A DNA stretch of 64,000 nucleotides from Octopus vulgaris (GCA_951406725.2 OX597819.1:53072001-53136000), one strand, 5' to 3'; counted from the stretch's first letter, positions 27,781-45,122 are shown. A program made the numbers and translations. Notes: a model not told the origin generated them from the letters alone.

Positions 27781-28797
27781 TTATTACCTCTGCCTTAGCG
27801 AAGGCAGAAGTATTGTTTTCAGTCGTGTTTATTTGTCCGTGGACAAGATATCTCAAGAACCACAGGATGGATTTGGATGAAACTTTCAGGGATGTTTGGC
27901 CTCATGACTGGCACAAACTGATTAGATTTTGGGGTCGATCCAGTACTGGGCAAGGATTCTGGATTATTTGTTATATTTACTTCACATGAAATATTACTCT
28001 TACATTCACTTTCAAGTCTTCCTCTGATTATCTCCCTTGAAAGCAAGTTATGATGGCATTGCAGTTTCCAAAGTTTTATTTTTGTTTCTCTATTATTAAT
28101 TTTACTCGCGTCTCTATCTTAGTAGAAACTGATGGATAAAGAAATCAAACTACATAAACAAATGGCAGCAAAACAGTTCAGAAATAAAATAACACTAACA
28201 TATTCAGTAACAATAATAAATTTAATTTATCCTTGACAACTTTTACAAATTTTGAATATATCGCTCCTGTTTTAAACCTTTCACCAACTTGACAATCGCA
28301 TTTCTAGCTCTGCCTAGAAGGAAGCTTTACTTCATGTTTTTGTGCGCAACAGTGTTGTTAAACCTCCATTAACAGCACTATACGCAGGTCCTTTTCATTT
28401 TCTTTCATGCACAAATAAATTTTTCACTATAGACCTTAATGGTCATAAAGACACTATATCAGTGGATAGACTAAAAAAGGCCTTCATAGAGAAAACTGCC
28501 CGTTCCCACTGCAGATGACATACACACAGCATTACAAACACAGCCCACACACCTACCTTCACATTCCATAAATACCATTGGGATCGATCAGGTACCAGAC
28601 AAGGATTCTGGATTAATTTTCCAGTTTTCTTACTTAATTTTTGAGAGTGGTTGGGTTCATTTTTAGCATTCTCGTTTGTGAGAGCAGTCAGGTTTATTTC
28701 AGATATTCTCATTTTAAAAATCATCTCCAGCTAATCGTTGAGAGGACGCTGGTGTTGCCTTAGTGGGGGTTTGCATTCTCTGAGTGCTCTTATTGTT
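27781..28797 (+). mobile_element. Helentron-associated non-autonomous element (HINE / DINE-1-like)
   Basis: 5' hairpin TACCTCTGCCTT-agcg-AAGGCAGAAGTA; core ggatttggatgaaacttt; internal direct repeat (27931-27969, 28580-28619); degenerate 3' subTIR tagtgggggt then hairpin GCATTC-tct-GAGTGC; TT-rich flanks. Confidence 0.75.
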
Positions 28798-30798
28798 ATT
28801 ATTATTGTGTCATACTGTATATTCAGTTCTGTAAAGAAACACAATGTCATGCACTCTATCCACCCTGTTTTTCTGACTTACATATTTCCAACAGTTTCTT
28901 GGTTATTCAATATCAACTAAATTAAACTGAGATAACTAAATAATTGCTGAAGTGCCTCAAGAAGCACTGAACTTACATCTTTCTTGTCTCACAAGAAATG
29001 GATGTACAGATAACAAACAAACAAACAGACACATTTTTACCGTTTTTTATATTCAAGTCTAGCTAATCACTGCCAGCAACCATCACAACAATCACATTAT
29101 CACAATGATATTCAAAGAAACTAATCAACTGCCAGGCAGAGTGCTTGGTGTTTGTACAAGGATAGTTGGAAAATAAATCAGAATAGAATCCTTAAAAGTA
29201 AAATCCAAGCTGCAGCTTTAATTGCTGCCACATGACAGATTAAAGTCATTATTTTAATCTGCAATAAGGTGTTAAGTTAATCTGCAATTAGAAATGACAA
29301 CAATGCAATAACAGATAACTATATAAAAATAAAGTCAAGAGTCATTCTGAAATGAAGAGTATCTCTGGTGTATGTCACAAAATGTAATTAAAACATTAAA
29401 TCTCACAGTTTTACAACATTATCTCCATTTACAACAGGACAGGAGATGCAAACTTGTACAATTATTTGTGTACTGTTTGGTTAGAGAAATTGAGAAACTG
29501 TTCTTAGAATTAGATGCTCCTCCCCCTGTGAAGAGAAGTCAATGATTATTTTCCAGATTAGTACACTGTAATAAGCTTTAAGAATAAACACAATGCCTAT
29601 AGAAAACAAATTCAGTTCATGATCAGGTGTGTGGAAAACTAGTGTCCTGCCTCACCCCTCCTCAGTCAGCATTGCTCTCTAATTATTTATTGAAGCCAAC
29701 CTTATAAACAAAACAAGATTTTGTGGGTAGGTTTACCTGTGTCCATATAAGGCAAACACAACGTTACCCAAAAGGGAAATATTCATGTTTAACAACTCTC
29801 TCTACTCTCTCATATACAACTGATACATTATCTTCTCTGACCCATTTACAAGAGCAATAATTCCAAAAAGAACTGGCTTAGACTATAACAACCCATCCAA
29901 CCCATACAAGCACAGAAAACAAGATTTAAAATGATGGTGATACTGGTGGCAGTGATTATGATGATGAAAAAAATCTGAAGAACTCCTATGATACATTGGA
30001 AAAAAAAAACCTGCCTGCTTTTTCTTTTTTAAATAGACGACTGTAATATCTTTACTTACACATCATTCAGAAATTGTCAGCACTTTCACTACTTTCTCAT
30101 GCATCATGACCAAAAAAATAAAAATGTTAATTCAATTTTTTTTTTCCTCCCCTTAATAGATCTATTACATCTTCAAAGCTACATTCTGAATTCATACTTC
30201 ACAGATTGAATCCATTATTTTATGGCATCGTTTCCAACATGAAAGTACCTCTTTAAGCCACCCAGCATCCATTCATCCAACCAACCAACCACCAACACCC
30301 ACTCAACCCTCCATTCATCCATCCAATGGTAGTAGTGATTTGTTTTGCCTCTGATTTAAAATGGAGCATATATACCACTTAAGCAACTTGTCACGATATA
30401 TAATGTCCCCAGCTGAAAAATAATGTTGTTATACAACCAGTTCCCAATTTTCTACCCAGACATAGGTGAATATAATTTTGAATCATGAGATGCAGTGAGA
30501 GAATGAAATTTCATGATCAAACATACAGAATTTATTTCAAAAACAAATTCAATTAATTCCAAATAAGTTAGTTTTCACTCAAAGAACCATTTTAAAATCA
30601 TAACCAAGTAAACTATAAATCCCTTCTCCTATCTCTTTAATTCACTATTTTAATTAAAAATTCTATATGCAGTATAGTTTACTGAACTTCAACAACTATA
30701 CCGTAAGACCGATCCCTAGCTTCATGGCTGTCCATTTTAACTCCCCACCTCACACCTCACCCATATGATTTTATTTTTTTCCCAGTGACACTACAGAC

Positions 30799-30942
30799 CT
30801 GATCAAACATAGGGTTTGTAGTGTTACTGATGATTGAGTCAGCAGCATTTAATCACGAGGGTGAAGAGCTGGCAGTTTTTATCCTATCACTTTCTTGTAT
30901 TGGATGTTGAGTTTCTGCTGTAGCAGAAGATGAGTTGGAAGG
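30799..30942 (-). other. possible exon (alternative first, UTR or stop-containing)
   Basis: Acceptor aattacag|CCT (or ttttacag further upstream) and donor CAG|gtctgt; ATG at 30848 would join the 25641 exon in frame; the phase-0 frame has one TGA. Confidence 0.25.
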
Positions 30943-32461
30943 CTGTAATTACAATCAACAGCTACACTGTAAAATAGAAAAGTGGTTTCTTGGTTAGTTC
31001 TGCTTAATTCAGAAAAGTAGCTGAATCCCACATCTGTGTTAACATGTAAGTCTGATCCTATGTAAGTCTGATCCTCTGACATGAAGAGAAAAGATTTTAG
31101 TTCTAAGCTTAGTTAGCTCTAAATATATCAAGCTCTGAACTCTGTGAAAGCAAATTCCTGATTTCTAGGTTTAATTTTGGCTAGTTGTTCCAGAAGTAAT
31201 CAATCTGTCTCAAGACAAGTGATTCATATCTGCTGTGACAAGTGCAGTTTTGCAACTAATTTCTCTCCTCACACTTTTCTCTATTTATCGTTTTGCTGCC
31301 TTGAAACCAATAATAACTATTTAACATATAATGAACAAGCATTACTGCCAAAGAGTATCGATCTTTTGAAGTACCAATCCTGTGCTTTCTAAGCAGTACT
31401 GAACTTGCACTTTCTAGAACGAACTAATGTTATCTAAATACAAGAAAGCTGTTTGGTTCATATAGACTATTCTTGGTTTGTTACTGAATGTGAACATACT
31501 GTGTTTCATTTACTGTCACTGTCCAGGATTCCATTTTTCAACACTTTCTATGACTGTGTCCCATCAAACATTCACACCAATCCACATCCCTAATGATAAT
31601 AATAATAATAGGTTCTAATATGTGCACAAGGCTTGGAATTTGTAGAAAGGATGTTAGCCAGAAACATCAATACTGGTACTTAACTGGCATTTTATTTTGT
31701 CAACCCCAGAGGAATGAAAGAATGAGTTGACCGTAGCAAGATTTGAATGCAGAACTTAAGTAGCCTTAAATACTACAAAGCATTTTGCCATACATTGTAA
31801 GGGCTCTGCCAACCCACTGGCATTCCCAATATAAATAATGCTTGCAGTACAGGCATAAGATATGAAGTTGTGGGGAGAAAGGAGGAGATCACTCAATGCT
31901 ATTGACTCCCTAGTTTTTGGAAAAGATAAAAAAAATTAAGTTAACCATAGTGGGATTCAAACTCAGAACATAAAGAACCAAAGCAAATACCACAAGGTAT
32001 TATCCAGCAACAATAATAATAGCAACAAAGTTGACAGACAAAGAGGGATGAGACAGAGATAGGTTACAAAGGTAAAGCCAGCTTTATTGGGATTTGATCT
32101 GAGAGTGCTATGAACTGGAATAAATACCACAAAGCATTCTAGCCATTGCTACATTTTGCTGACTTAGTATGTTACTGATACCTAAGTTAATGAATTTCAC
32201 AAGATTTGAACTGTTAAAATTTGGCACATGGCTCCCTAACATCTTGAAGCAAGCAATCCTACCACTCAAATCATTGTTGTTTTACCATCCACTTTTTCAT
32301 GCTTGCATGAGTCAGATGGAATTTGTTATAGCAGAGAGGCTTACCCTTCCAGCAACCAACTCTCACTTGTTTCCAAGTAAGGGAATATTTCTTAGATATA
32401 TTTTCAAGGAGGATTGGAAATGATACTGTGTGTATGACAGTTAAAACTGCCACAGAGTGTC

Positions 32462-32495
<34 letters not shown>

Positions 32496-33669
32496 GGGGG
32501 GGGGGGTTCTTTCAATTTCTATATACCACATCTACTCACAAGATTTTGGTCAGCCCAGGACTATTTTGAAAAGCAAAACATTTTCCAAAAGTACCATGCA
32601 ATGGAACTGAACCTGAAACAATGTAACTGAGGAGCCAACTTTACAACCATGAAACAGAATACACAGAAGTTATTTCTGCCTACTGTTAACTGAGAAACAG
32701 TGCGAGAGAGGGAGAGAGGGGGGGAGTTCACTAGCATTGCAGAATCTCACCATAAAAAAAGACCATGCAATTTCATACAGATAAAGGAAAATTGCCCAAA
32801 TATTGTTTTCAAAGAGAATCAGAGAAAAAAAAAATGTTTCCTGGCAGATACAATTATTCCAGTAGACAAATTTTTAAAAACTGGTCCAAAATATCCAAAC
32901 ATATAAAGGAAAAAGAAAAGAATATAAAATAAAAACCCTAGGACATGAGTTCTGAAAATACAAATAATTTCCATAATAATCGGACTGCTGCAAATAATAA
33001 AAGACAGACAAATATGTATCAGCAAGATCTCAAAACAAGATCCAGCAACTAACTGCTAGACACTGCACAGATAATAAGTAAAATACTGTTGATGCAACGA
33101 AGAAGAAAAATATTGCATATATCCAAGGTGCATATAGCTGCATTTGATTATGCAGCCATAACAAAAGGCAGTAAAAGAATGTAGTAATAACATAATCAAA
33201 TCAATAATAATAATAATAATAATAATGATAATTATTTTATTTGCCACAAGTGTGAGGGCTTAATTGTGTACTACAGAGACAAGTTACCAAAAGCATGGAG
33301 GTTGACACAGTAATTAAATGAAGGAAATAAAAAATTATAAGATAAAGCAGTATAAAATAGTATACAAATAGACAGGTAGACTTCTCAGATAGGAAAACTA
33401 TCAGCCAATACCAATCAATAAATCCCAAAGACCACGCTTACTACCAAACACATGTGCCTTCTCTAGCTGTGTTCTCTGACCAAAGGGACTCATGTTAACA
33501 CTGATATTCCCCATTTTACTAAATCACAAAATATCAATTGATGTGAAAATTAACAACAATTCTTTAATAGAATAAATAGCTTGCCTCTAACCCAAAATGA
33601 TTTTATTGTAAGAACTTGGTTAAAAACAAAAGAGAAATGAAGGCAGCACCAATAAGAGAAGTATAAGAG

Positions 33670-33817
33670 TTTGGGTTGGAGGCAGACTAAAAACAGCATA
33701 AGAATTACAAAAGTGAAGAGATGGTGTGAGGGTGGTTGCTATGGCATTGAGGTAGATCCAGCCACCCCCATTAATGGGGACAAAACCTGGATTTCAAATG
33801 ATGATGATGATGATGAT
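33670..33817 (+). mobile_element. probable LINE 3'-end fragment
   Basis: Palindromic hairpin CCCCATTAATGGGG followed shortly by a (TGA)n tail. Confidence 0.4.
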
Positions 33818-36319
33818 TGCTCAGAACAACAAACAGTGCACTTGAACGATTACACAAGGCAATATCAACCTTGATCATAATGTTTTTAAAACAAAAAAAA
33901 GAGAAAAAACAATATCAACAGGGATTACTTTACTTATGGGTCTTTTGCAAGAATCGAATCTAAGGTTTTATTTCAGAGGTCCCTATTTCTTTTCTTTATC
34001 ATTTCTTTTTCAAAGCTAAGCTAAACAGTCATAGCTAGCCTACCCAACCACCTAATGTTCTAATCAATGCACAATACACAACTAATACAATATATTTTAT
34101 TTACATATGTGACAAATGATATTTTAAAATAAATCAGAAAGGAACTTGCTGGACACAGGCCATGTTTCTCCAATGAACAATGTTTAGAAAAAGCACAATG
34201 CAAATTTCTTCCTTTTGTTTAACTAGCCTAGCACACATACACTTCAAGAGAGAGATTTAGCAATTTAAAACAAGGCAACATGGTACAAATCTCTTTCTTC
34301 CTTTCTTTCTCTCATTTTATAGCATTATGATATTTGTTCAGCTTATACTTATTAAATAATTCCAGTTATTTGCAAACATTCAGACATGGTTTGTGTAATA
34401 TCCCAAAATCAAAGGAACGAGTTTATTTACCCATAATAGTTATGCTGAGTAACTATTACCAGTCGAATATTTGTACAATATACCGATAAATATTAATTAC
34501 AATACCGAAACCCACATCAATATCTTGTATGACAAATATGTTAGCATATTAATATGGAGAGGTGCTGTAAATGTAAAGAGGAATTTTCTAGCCAAATGAT
34601 CAAAATTTCTCTTGATACCAGTTCGCTTTAGGAGGTGCCTTAATAGTTAGACAGTAAGCCATATTTGAAACAAGAGGAGACTGATAATTTTGGTAAAAAA
34701 GAAAATAACAGTTAGTTTTGAGGTTGATAGTACCTACATTAAATAGATTAATAGCTTATGGTTTCAAAGATTTAAAGACCTTGGGGAAAATTAAACAATC
34801 ATAGCTTCTTTTCATTCTTCTCAGCTCAAACAGTGATGAAAATACTGTCAAATGAATTCATCAAAATACCCTAACTGCGTCAATCATAGAGCAGTTCACT
34901 AACACCTTTGTCATCAGTGTCAAGCAAAGAACAGAAAAGTTTTTCCATAAAAAGGCTGTCAATTAGGTATAAACCTATATGAGTAGTGTGACATGCTATA
35001 TCAGAACACCATATAACATTTAAAGCTCACTATGTATGATATAGGTAACTGTTACCTAGCCATCAACTCATATACCTCACAACAAATAGAACAAAAAGGA
35101 AATATTTGAATAAAAATTAGTATGCTTCTTACATGTGTGCATGTTTCCTTACAATGAGAAAATACAAGAAAACATAAAATGCAGATGCGTTTTAACAATG
35201 TCTAGGATCTAGTATATTTGGCTTACTTCAAAATTTTGTAGAAGTATATTTTTTTGCACAGTGTTTTTATTAATTTTCTCATACCTCAAATATATAATCT
35301 TTGTAAGTGAGTGAGTGAATGAATGAATGAATGTGTGTGTAAATATATGTATGTGATTTTGTAATGTTTTAAAACGTCTCAATTTGTTTTATTATTTTTA
35401 GACTTAACTGCAATCAGTCAAACACTCATTTATTGAAAAAGAAAGGTCTCATGTCATACCAGAAAAATTGCATTTTTTTTTTTCTTTTATTTTTTAAGAA
35501 AGTGCTGTTAGAAGAAAAAGAACATTTCCTCCTGGATGAGCTTGAAGACCCAGGCATGCTAAAATCTATGAAGTTAAGTACATAAATCATTTGGAAAGTG
35601 CTATTGGAAAGAATATTCTGAGTAAGTATAGCTGACAAGCAAAACAGGATGGGGTCTAGTTGCATGTTAGAGTTTGTGAAAGAAGTACCTGAACAGAACT
35701 GATCTACACCTAATACTGAAATTCAGCAATACATCATGGCCGACTATTAAACAGAAAAACGTATGGCTCCATAACTACATCTAGTCATAGAGGATTAAGG
35801 AATGCAACAATGCATCAATCAAAAAATATTGTTGAAAGCCGTAACTATGGCATGCAATGTGCAGAAGGTTTACAAAAGTTAAGAGAATATATGGGGAAAG
35901 GGAATGGATTTTCTGTTGGATTTTGAGTTTGTGTCTGCAGACTATCTGCTCTTCAAACAGGAAATGTTAAGATGTTAAGATTCTAGATTGTTTTACTCAA
36001 GTTTTAGTATTGTAAAAAGAAAAAAGAATCTTTTCTTTCTATATTGTTTTTGCACTGAGATGAAAATGAAGAAAAATGTTTTAATGTTTCTTTAATATTG
36101 TTAGTTCATGCATGTCATGAAATCCTCATTTGACTTCTGACTACTGAGATAGCAGCACCAAAACTGATAGTAGAAGGCAGCAAGTCCACAACATTTGATC
36201 CTAAGATCCAAATTTAAACTCAGATGATTTTTACCTTTTAATATTTAAACTGACCATATCAAGCCCAAATAATCTACCTGCTTTTTTTTTTTGTTTGTTT
36301 CTTTTTTGTTCAAACTGAC

Positions 36320-36718
36320 CAAATTTGCTTCAAAGAATGCCTCTTTTAGCAACTCTCCATCTTGGAAGGATTTCTTGTTCTTAACGATGAAGTGACTCAC
36401 CTGGAACAATGTTTCTGGGGTTACCTTTGCTTTTGAAGTTAGCTGTGTGAAAAATGACTGCTGTTCGGATAACTGAGATTTTAGTTCTGTCACCTATCTC
36501 TTTCTCAGCTCGCTTTTCAGAGCGGAGTCAGTGTCATAGTTTTTATGAACAGTCCGAAAATGCTGCTCCGCATTTCCCTTTTTCGGAACAGTAATAGTAG
36601 ACAGGCAGGTGAGGCAAACACACTTTGAATATGACATTGTGAAAAAAAAGTCTTCGTCCCATTCTGCAAGGAAGTGGTAGATTTTTGGTTTCTTACTTGG
36701 TCCAGCTCCCCCACTCAT
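36320..36718 (-). pseudogene. hAT transposase N-terminal fragment (GTF2IRD2/EPM2AIP1-like, BED-type zinc finger), one in-frame stop, truncated
   Basis: W..DFFF...CVCLTC...KKGNAEQHF...H zinc-finger pattern; after TAG at 36494-36496 the same frame continues ELKSQLSEQQSFF...KNKKSFQDGELLKEAF. Confidence 0.85.
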
Positions 36719-36988
36719 TTTTAAACCCTTTCTTAGGCTTAGAAGAAATAAATTGGCAGCTAACTAGGTGACTTGGTAGCTTGCGAGAGCTTTACAGCAC
36801 CTAACACCATTGTATGCACATGCGTGGTGATGCATGAGTCAGAAAAGGTCAGATATCAGACTGGCTGCCCTGTATGTCAATCAAGTGACAAATTTTATAG
36901 TGATGGATGATAGACTGGTGTCTATGTTTTTTTAATGCCATGCTATCTACTCACACTGCCCTTGTGATCAACATATTGGGCATCTCTG
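36320..36988 (-). mobile_element. hAT Buster/Charlie (SPIN-like) transposon, 5' remnant
   Basis: Terminus CAGAGATGCCCAATA at 36988, adjacent flank TTGTAGGG (NNNTANNN); encodes a transposase N-terminus; other end absent. Confidence 0.8.
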
Positions 36989-39495
36989 CCCTACAATGTC
37001 GGTCTAAAAATAATACATGATTAATTCAAAACAATGTAAATAAATAAATATTACATTTGACAGAGGTATCTAAAAGCTACAGGCTTGAATTTACATCTAT
37101 TAAGGTTTACAAAACTGGACTGAGATGAACATCAGAAGGGCAATAGACCAGGTGATGTGATAAAATGATTGATACAACAAGGAGGAATACTTATAACACC
37201 AAGCCATCATACAGTCATAAACTACACAAAGATTATCATTCCAGTAATAAAGAGAAGTACCTCGCAATTGTCTCAAGAAAGCAATTTTCCCTAATTGATA
37301 AATAAGTAATTCATTAATTAGAAATGTTTAATGATGGCTATTGAACTAAATTAATACTGACTTGAGAGTTAAAAAAAAAAAAACCTAATTACAAAGCTTC
37401 TGGTGACATGTGGCAAGCTATGGCTTTTCTCAATACAGACGACCCTTTTTAACCCTAACCTTACAAAGACCTAAAATAATTTAAGGTTTGGTCATTCAGG
37501 AAAACACCTTAGATACTGATATCCTATCACTGCTGCCACCACTATCAGCTCTTCATAAATTTACTGCATATTTATTACATTGCTGCTAAAAGTAGTAAAA
37601 CCCTACATGACAAAACACACGCACTCAACCATGAAATAGTTTACTATTTAAGGTGAAGTCATGATCATTTATATAAAAAGCAAACTATGGATGCAGTTTA
37701 TTTTCTTTCTCGTCTTAATTCAAATTCTTCCTTCACTCCCACCTGCACCAAGACTTTTCTCTCCCCTCCCCACTGCATTCCATAATTTACAAACTCAACT
37801 GGCATCCACTTGAATGTGACAAAATAATGCAATAGTGTACAATAACTTATCACATGCAAACTACCTATGTTCACAAAAGATTATAGAAAACAACATTTTA
37901 ACATGAACACTTCGCACACAATTATTTTCTATAGGACACGAAATATTTTTTCTTTCTTTCTTTCGTTTTAAAAGAGTATGAATAGATCAAAGACATTCAA
38001 TCTCAAAATGGAATATTCAGATTTTCTCAGAAAAATTTCTTTTTAATTCTTATTTGTTTGACGTGAACTAAACTGGTTAACTTAGGAAAACATTAAATCC
38101 ATTTGAACCCATATACCACTTCCCTACCACCATCAGCAACGCATCAAAAATATTTACAACCAAAATGAGTTCCATAAACTAATTTGAAACTATTTCTGGC
38201 ACTGAGATCTACAAATACCTTCCTTTAAACCATTGCATTCTTGAAGTTATCTCAAGGTTGTACGCTTGAACATGTGATGTCTAAGATTATGTGATGTTTA
38301 TCACTGTATAATATGTGTATGTGTGCACCATGCATGCAAATGTGCAATATGTATTTGGATGTGTATAAGTGTATAAGTGTGCATAACACTGTCAAAGTAA
38401 TATTGTATCATTGAACCGTTTCTCATCATATGAACTCCAAACAGAATATCATCATAAGTTTCCTCTCCCTCCTCCTCCTCCTCATCATCATAAGTTTATT
38501 TTCAATGCTGAAATGATTTAGTTGGATCATCACAGTGTAAAGTTAATTCATAGTAGGTATCACTGTCTTCATACACAGGTCAGAGGACCATGTCTTGTTT
38601 GAACATTTTATTTTTGGTTTCATTTCTAGGGCTGGATGTCCTTCCTATCACCAACCCCTATATAAAATGTACTAGATGCATTTTACCATGGTACTGCCAA
38701 AAGAGAGGTTTCCATGCCCTCAGGAACACATACACACATTTTATTTTTGTCATTATTTTGTAGCTGGATCAGAGGCAAAAGGACAAGCTATCAGAGCCAC
38801 ACAAACTACTGGGTAGTTAGTTGCTATCCTCAAACCAGAAGCATGCCCAAAATACTTGCAGTAGAGTACACTTTATTAAAGGCATCCAAATCTAGTCAAG
38901 GTCAGTTTTTGCCTTTCATCCTTTCGGGGCCAATAAAATAAAGCACCTGTCAAGTACTGGGACCCGATGACACTGACTTAGCCCTTCCCCTCAAAACTGC
39001 TGGCCTTGTGCCTAAATTAGAAACTATTAAAGGCACCTATAAGTAATGTAGTGTTGGTATACGTGTGTTTACTTAGATAATACATTCTCTCTTCACACAA
39101 CACTGAGGTAGGTTTAGATCTTAAAACATCTTGAACTGCAATTAGTACATCAAATGGTACAGCACTATCCTCAGTCCTAGCCAATGGCCAGTATGTCTGT
39201 TTTTCCTTTAAATATGTTTTCAAACTAGAAGAGATCACAAGTTAATTTGAGTGGTAAATTTCAAGTGATAATAAGTGTCAATGGCAATCAATGGAACAAG
39301 CTTCATAACAAAAGCTTCCTGATACAAAACTGCCTCCACCTTAAAATAAACAAACCATAAAATGCCACGTAATCAGTTCACTTATCATAAACAAAGGAAT
39401 GGGGTGTCAGAGACTTTGTATTTCATCAACTGAAATGCTACTAAAATGTCAAGGAGCCATACATACGTAATATAATATATATAAACATGATATCA

Positions 39496-39544
<49 letters not shown>

Positions 39545-40553
39545 GCGATATAATATCATATCGGATGAGTAAACTGCACCTTTATAAGCAAAGTTGATTA
39601 TTAACTAAATCTTCATATCTGGGAAGTTACAAGCTATCAAGCCTCCACTGCCGATAAACTAGAACAGCTGTGTGATTGATTTATTGCCATCCACCACTGC
39701 CTCATTCTCTACTTTACATACACTTGATAAACCTTATTGACTTACACACATTATACAAACACACACAGACACACACACAATGAATAAATAGAAAATAAGA
39801 ACTCTGAAAGATTAGCAGAGCTAGTCAATGTGAACTTTGATAGATAAACTAATCTGTACACCAAACACAAACACGAACACACATACACCACTGCCCATCC
39901 CCACCTTTTGTGAAACTGTTTCTATGGCACAATTCAGATTATCAATATGAATATTTATACAAGCCAACACGCATAAACAAATGATCAAGTTCCCAGCTAC
40001 AATGTCAGTATCAATGCTGTTTCTAGTTATAGATTATTACTTTTATTGAATGACTACATTTCTGTATTTCTAAGGTGAGGGATTACGACAACAGTGAACA
40101 TTTGATAAACTATTATTCACATCTTTTTGTGCAGGAATTATGACATCCTGAATGGAATATACTCAAGTGGTCTTCTGGTGTCATACAGTAACACATACAG
40201 GCATATAAGTAAGTGTGTGTGTGTGTGAGAGAGAAAGAGAGAGGAGGGAGGGAGTGAGAGAGTAGTAAAGAACAGAGTGATAAGGGTACAGCTTCTTGTT
40301 GCGCAAACAACTGAAACTCTGTTAACCAATTTAATGTTATGTCTAGTTAATAAGGAAAAGGGATATAATAATGTTTCATAATGCATATTCAATAGAAAAG
40401 ATTCATTGGACTTTTGAAAATTTATTTAGCTACTTATCAAGTTAAAGTAAGAAGAAAGTTAATTTAAATATATAAAAAATCATCATCATCATCATATACA
40501 TAAACATATATATATATATATATAAATATATAAATAAATATATTTATATATTT

Positions 40554-42189
40554 GAGGCATAAGAAACAGCCTCAGTACGCTGCAAGATATGCCCCCCCCC
40601 CCTCCAAAAGGATGGCTCCCTCACAGACAGTCTAACAAGGATCAGTGAGGTGGTAAAAAGTGTCTTTACCACCCCCGTTGGAACACAGACAAGTAAACAA
40701 ACCAGTGGACTTATTGCTGCCTCACCTATAACCAGGGAGGCAGTTACAATGGAATACATCAACATTAGTGAAGAAGATATACTACTAGCCATAGATGAAG
40801 TGAACACAAACTCAACTGCTGGTCCTGATAGTTTCCCAGCAATCCTCCTCAAATCGTGTAAGCATGCCCTGGCAAAACCCTTCCAGAGCTTTCTTGCAAA
40901 TGGCAGACTGCAAAGCAAACTGAAGGAGGGAATAATATGCCCAATCCATAAAGGGGGAAGCAGAGCAGATGTGAAAAACTATAGGCCTATCTGTCTGACT
41001 TCACACATCAGCAAAGTCATGGAACGGATAGTCAGAGGGAAACTAATCATATTCCCTGAAGAAATACTTGGAGGGTGGTTACATGACTTTCTGAAAGATA
41101 GAAGTCAAGCAGCAGTGGCTAATGGAGCCACCTCTATGAAAACACAAATAGTGAACAGTGTTCCACAAGGCACTGTCTTGGGACCACTGCTTTTTATAGT
41201 GGCACTCTCTGATATGCCCTCAAGAAACTGGATAGCCACCCTTGCAAGCTACGCAGACGATACAAATGTATTGCAGAAAATACAGAACCCCAACGATGTT
41301 GCACATCTGCATCAGGAGTTGGACTCAATTTACAGATGGGCTGAGGATAATAATATGCAGTTTAATGCTGAAAAATTCCAAGCCCTGCACTACCAGCATC
41401 CAAAACTGAATATGAAACTTACAGGGTACACTAGTCCACAGGGAATTTCAATCCCAGAGCCTAAATCAGTAAGAAATCTGGGTATCGACATGAGTGATGA
41501 TACCGCTTTCCAAGTGCACATTACCAGGATGGTGACAAAGTGCAAATGACTGGCTGGATGGATCATGAGAATATTCAGAACCAGAGATGAGGAAACCCTG
41601 ATGGTCCTATAGAGGCATTTGTCCTCAGCCACCTGGATTACTGCTCCCAGCTAGGGTCACCCAACAGTGGAAAATTAACAGTAAAGCTTCACAAAGAAGA
41701 TCATCTCTTTGCAACAGCTCAGCCACTGGGAAAGGCTGAAACAGCTAACACTCTACTCCCTGGAGCAAAGGCGGGGGAGGTATGCAGCAATATACATCTG
41801 GAAGATCCTAGAAGGAATTGTGCCAAATTTTGGCATTGAAAGCTACACCAATGCCAGAATGGATCGACACAGCACAGTGGCAAAGATCCCAGCAATGCCA
41901 TCGTGCTTCAGGGGCCCACAACTTTTTAATATTCCCCCCAAAGAGTCTGAGGAACCTGCACAAAGTAGATATAGGTGTTTTTAAATCAAGGCTGAACCTC
42001 TTCCTGTTGAGAGCCCCAGACGAACCCACCTCACAGCAAGAGGTGCAACTGAGGGTAGCTACATCAATTTCATTCGACACCAAGTGCCACATATGAGAGG
42101 GGGATCTCAGTAATAACAGTGTAGCAAAACGGCAATGCTCCAGCATGGCCACAGCTCTGAGCTGAAACTACATAAAAAAATAAAATTTA
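40554..42189 (+). mobile_element. CR1-group LINE, old decayed copy (5' truncated, internal deletions, stops and frameshifts)
   Basis: RT motifs [30 protein letters not shown] in ORF 40650-41549; lacks the QHGF...YLDFAKAFD block; 3' end homologous to the young copies. Confidence 0.92.
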
Positions 42190-44215
<2,026 letters not shown>

Positions 44216-44216
44216 T

Positions 44217-45117
<901 letters not shown>

Positions 45118-45122
<5 letters not shown>

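Noticed and set aside
35678-35732. 55-nt candidate exon (GHDVLLNFSIRCRSVLF)
   Set aside because: Splice signals are plausible but such short open segments arise by chance; no supporting partner exon upstream
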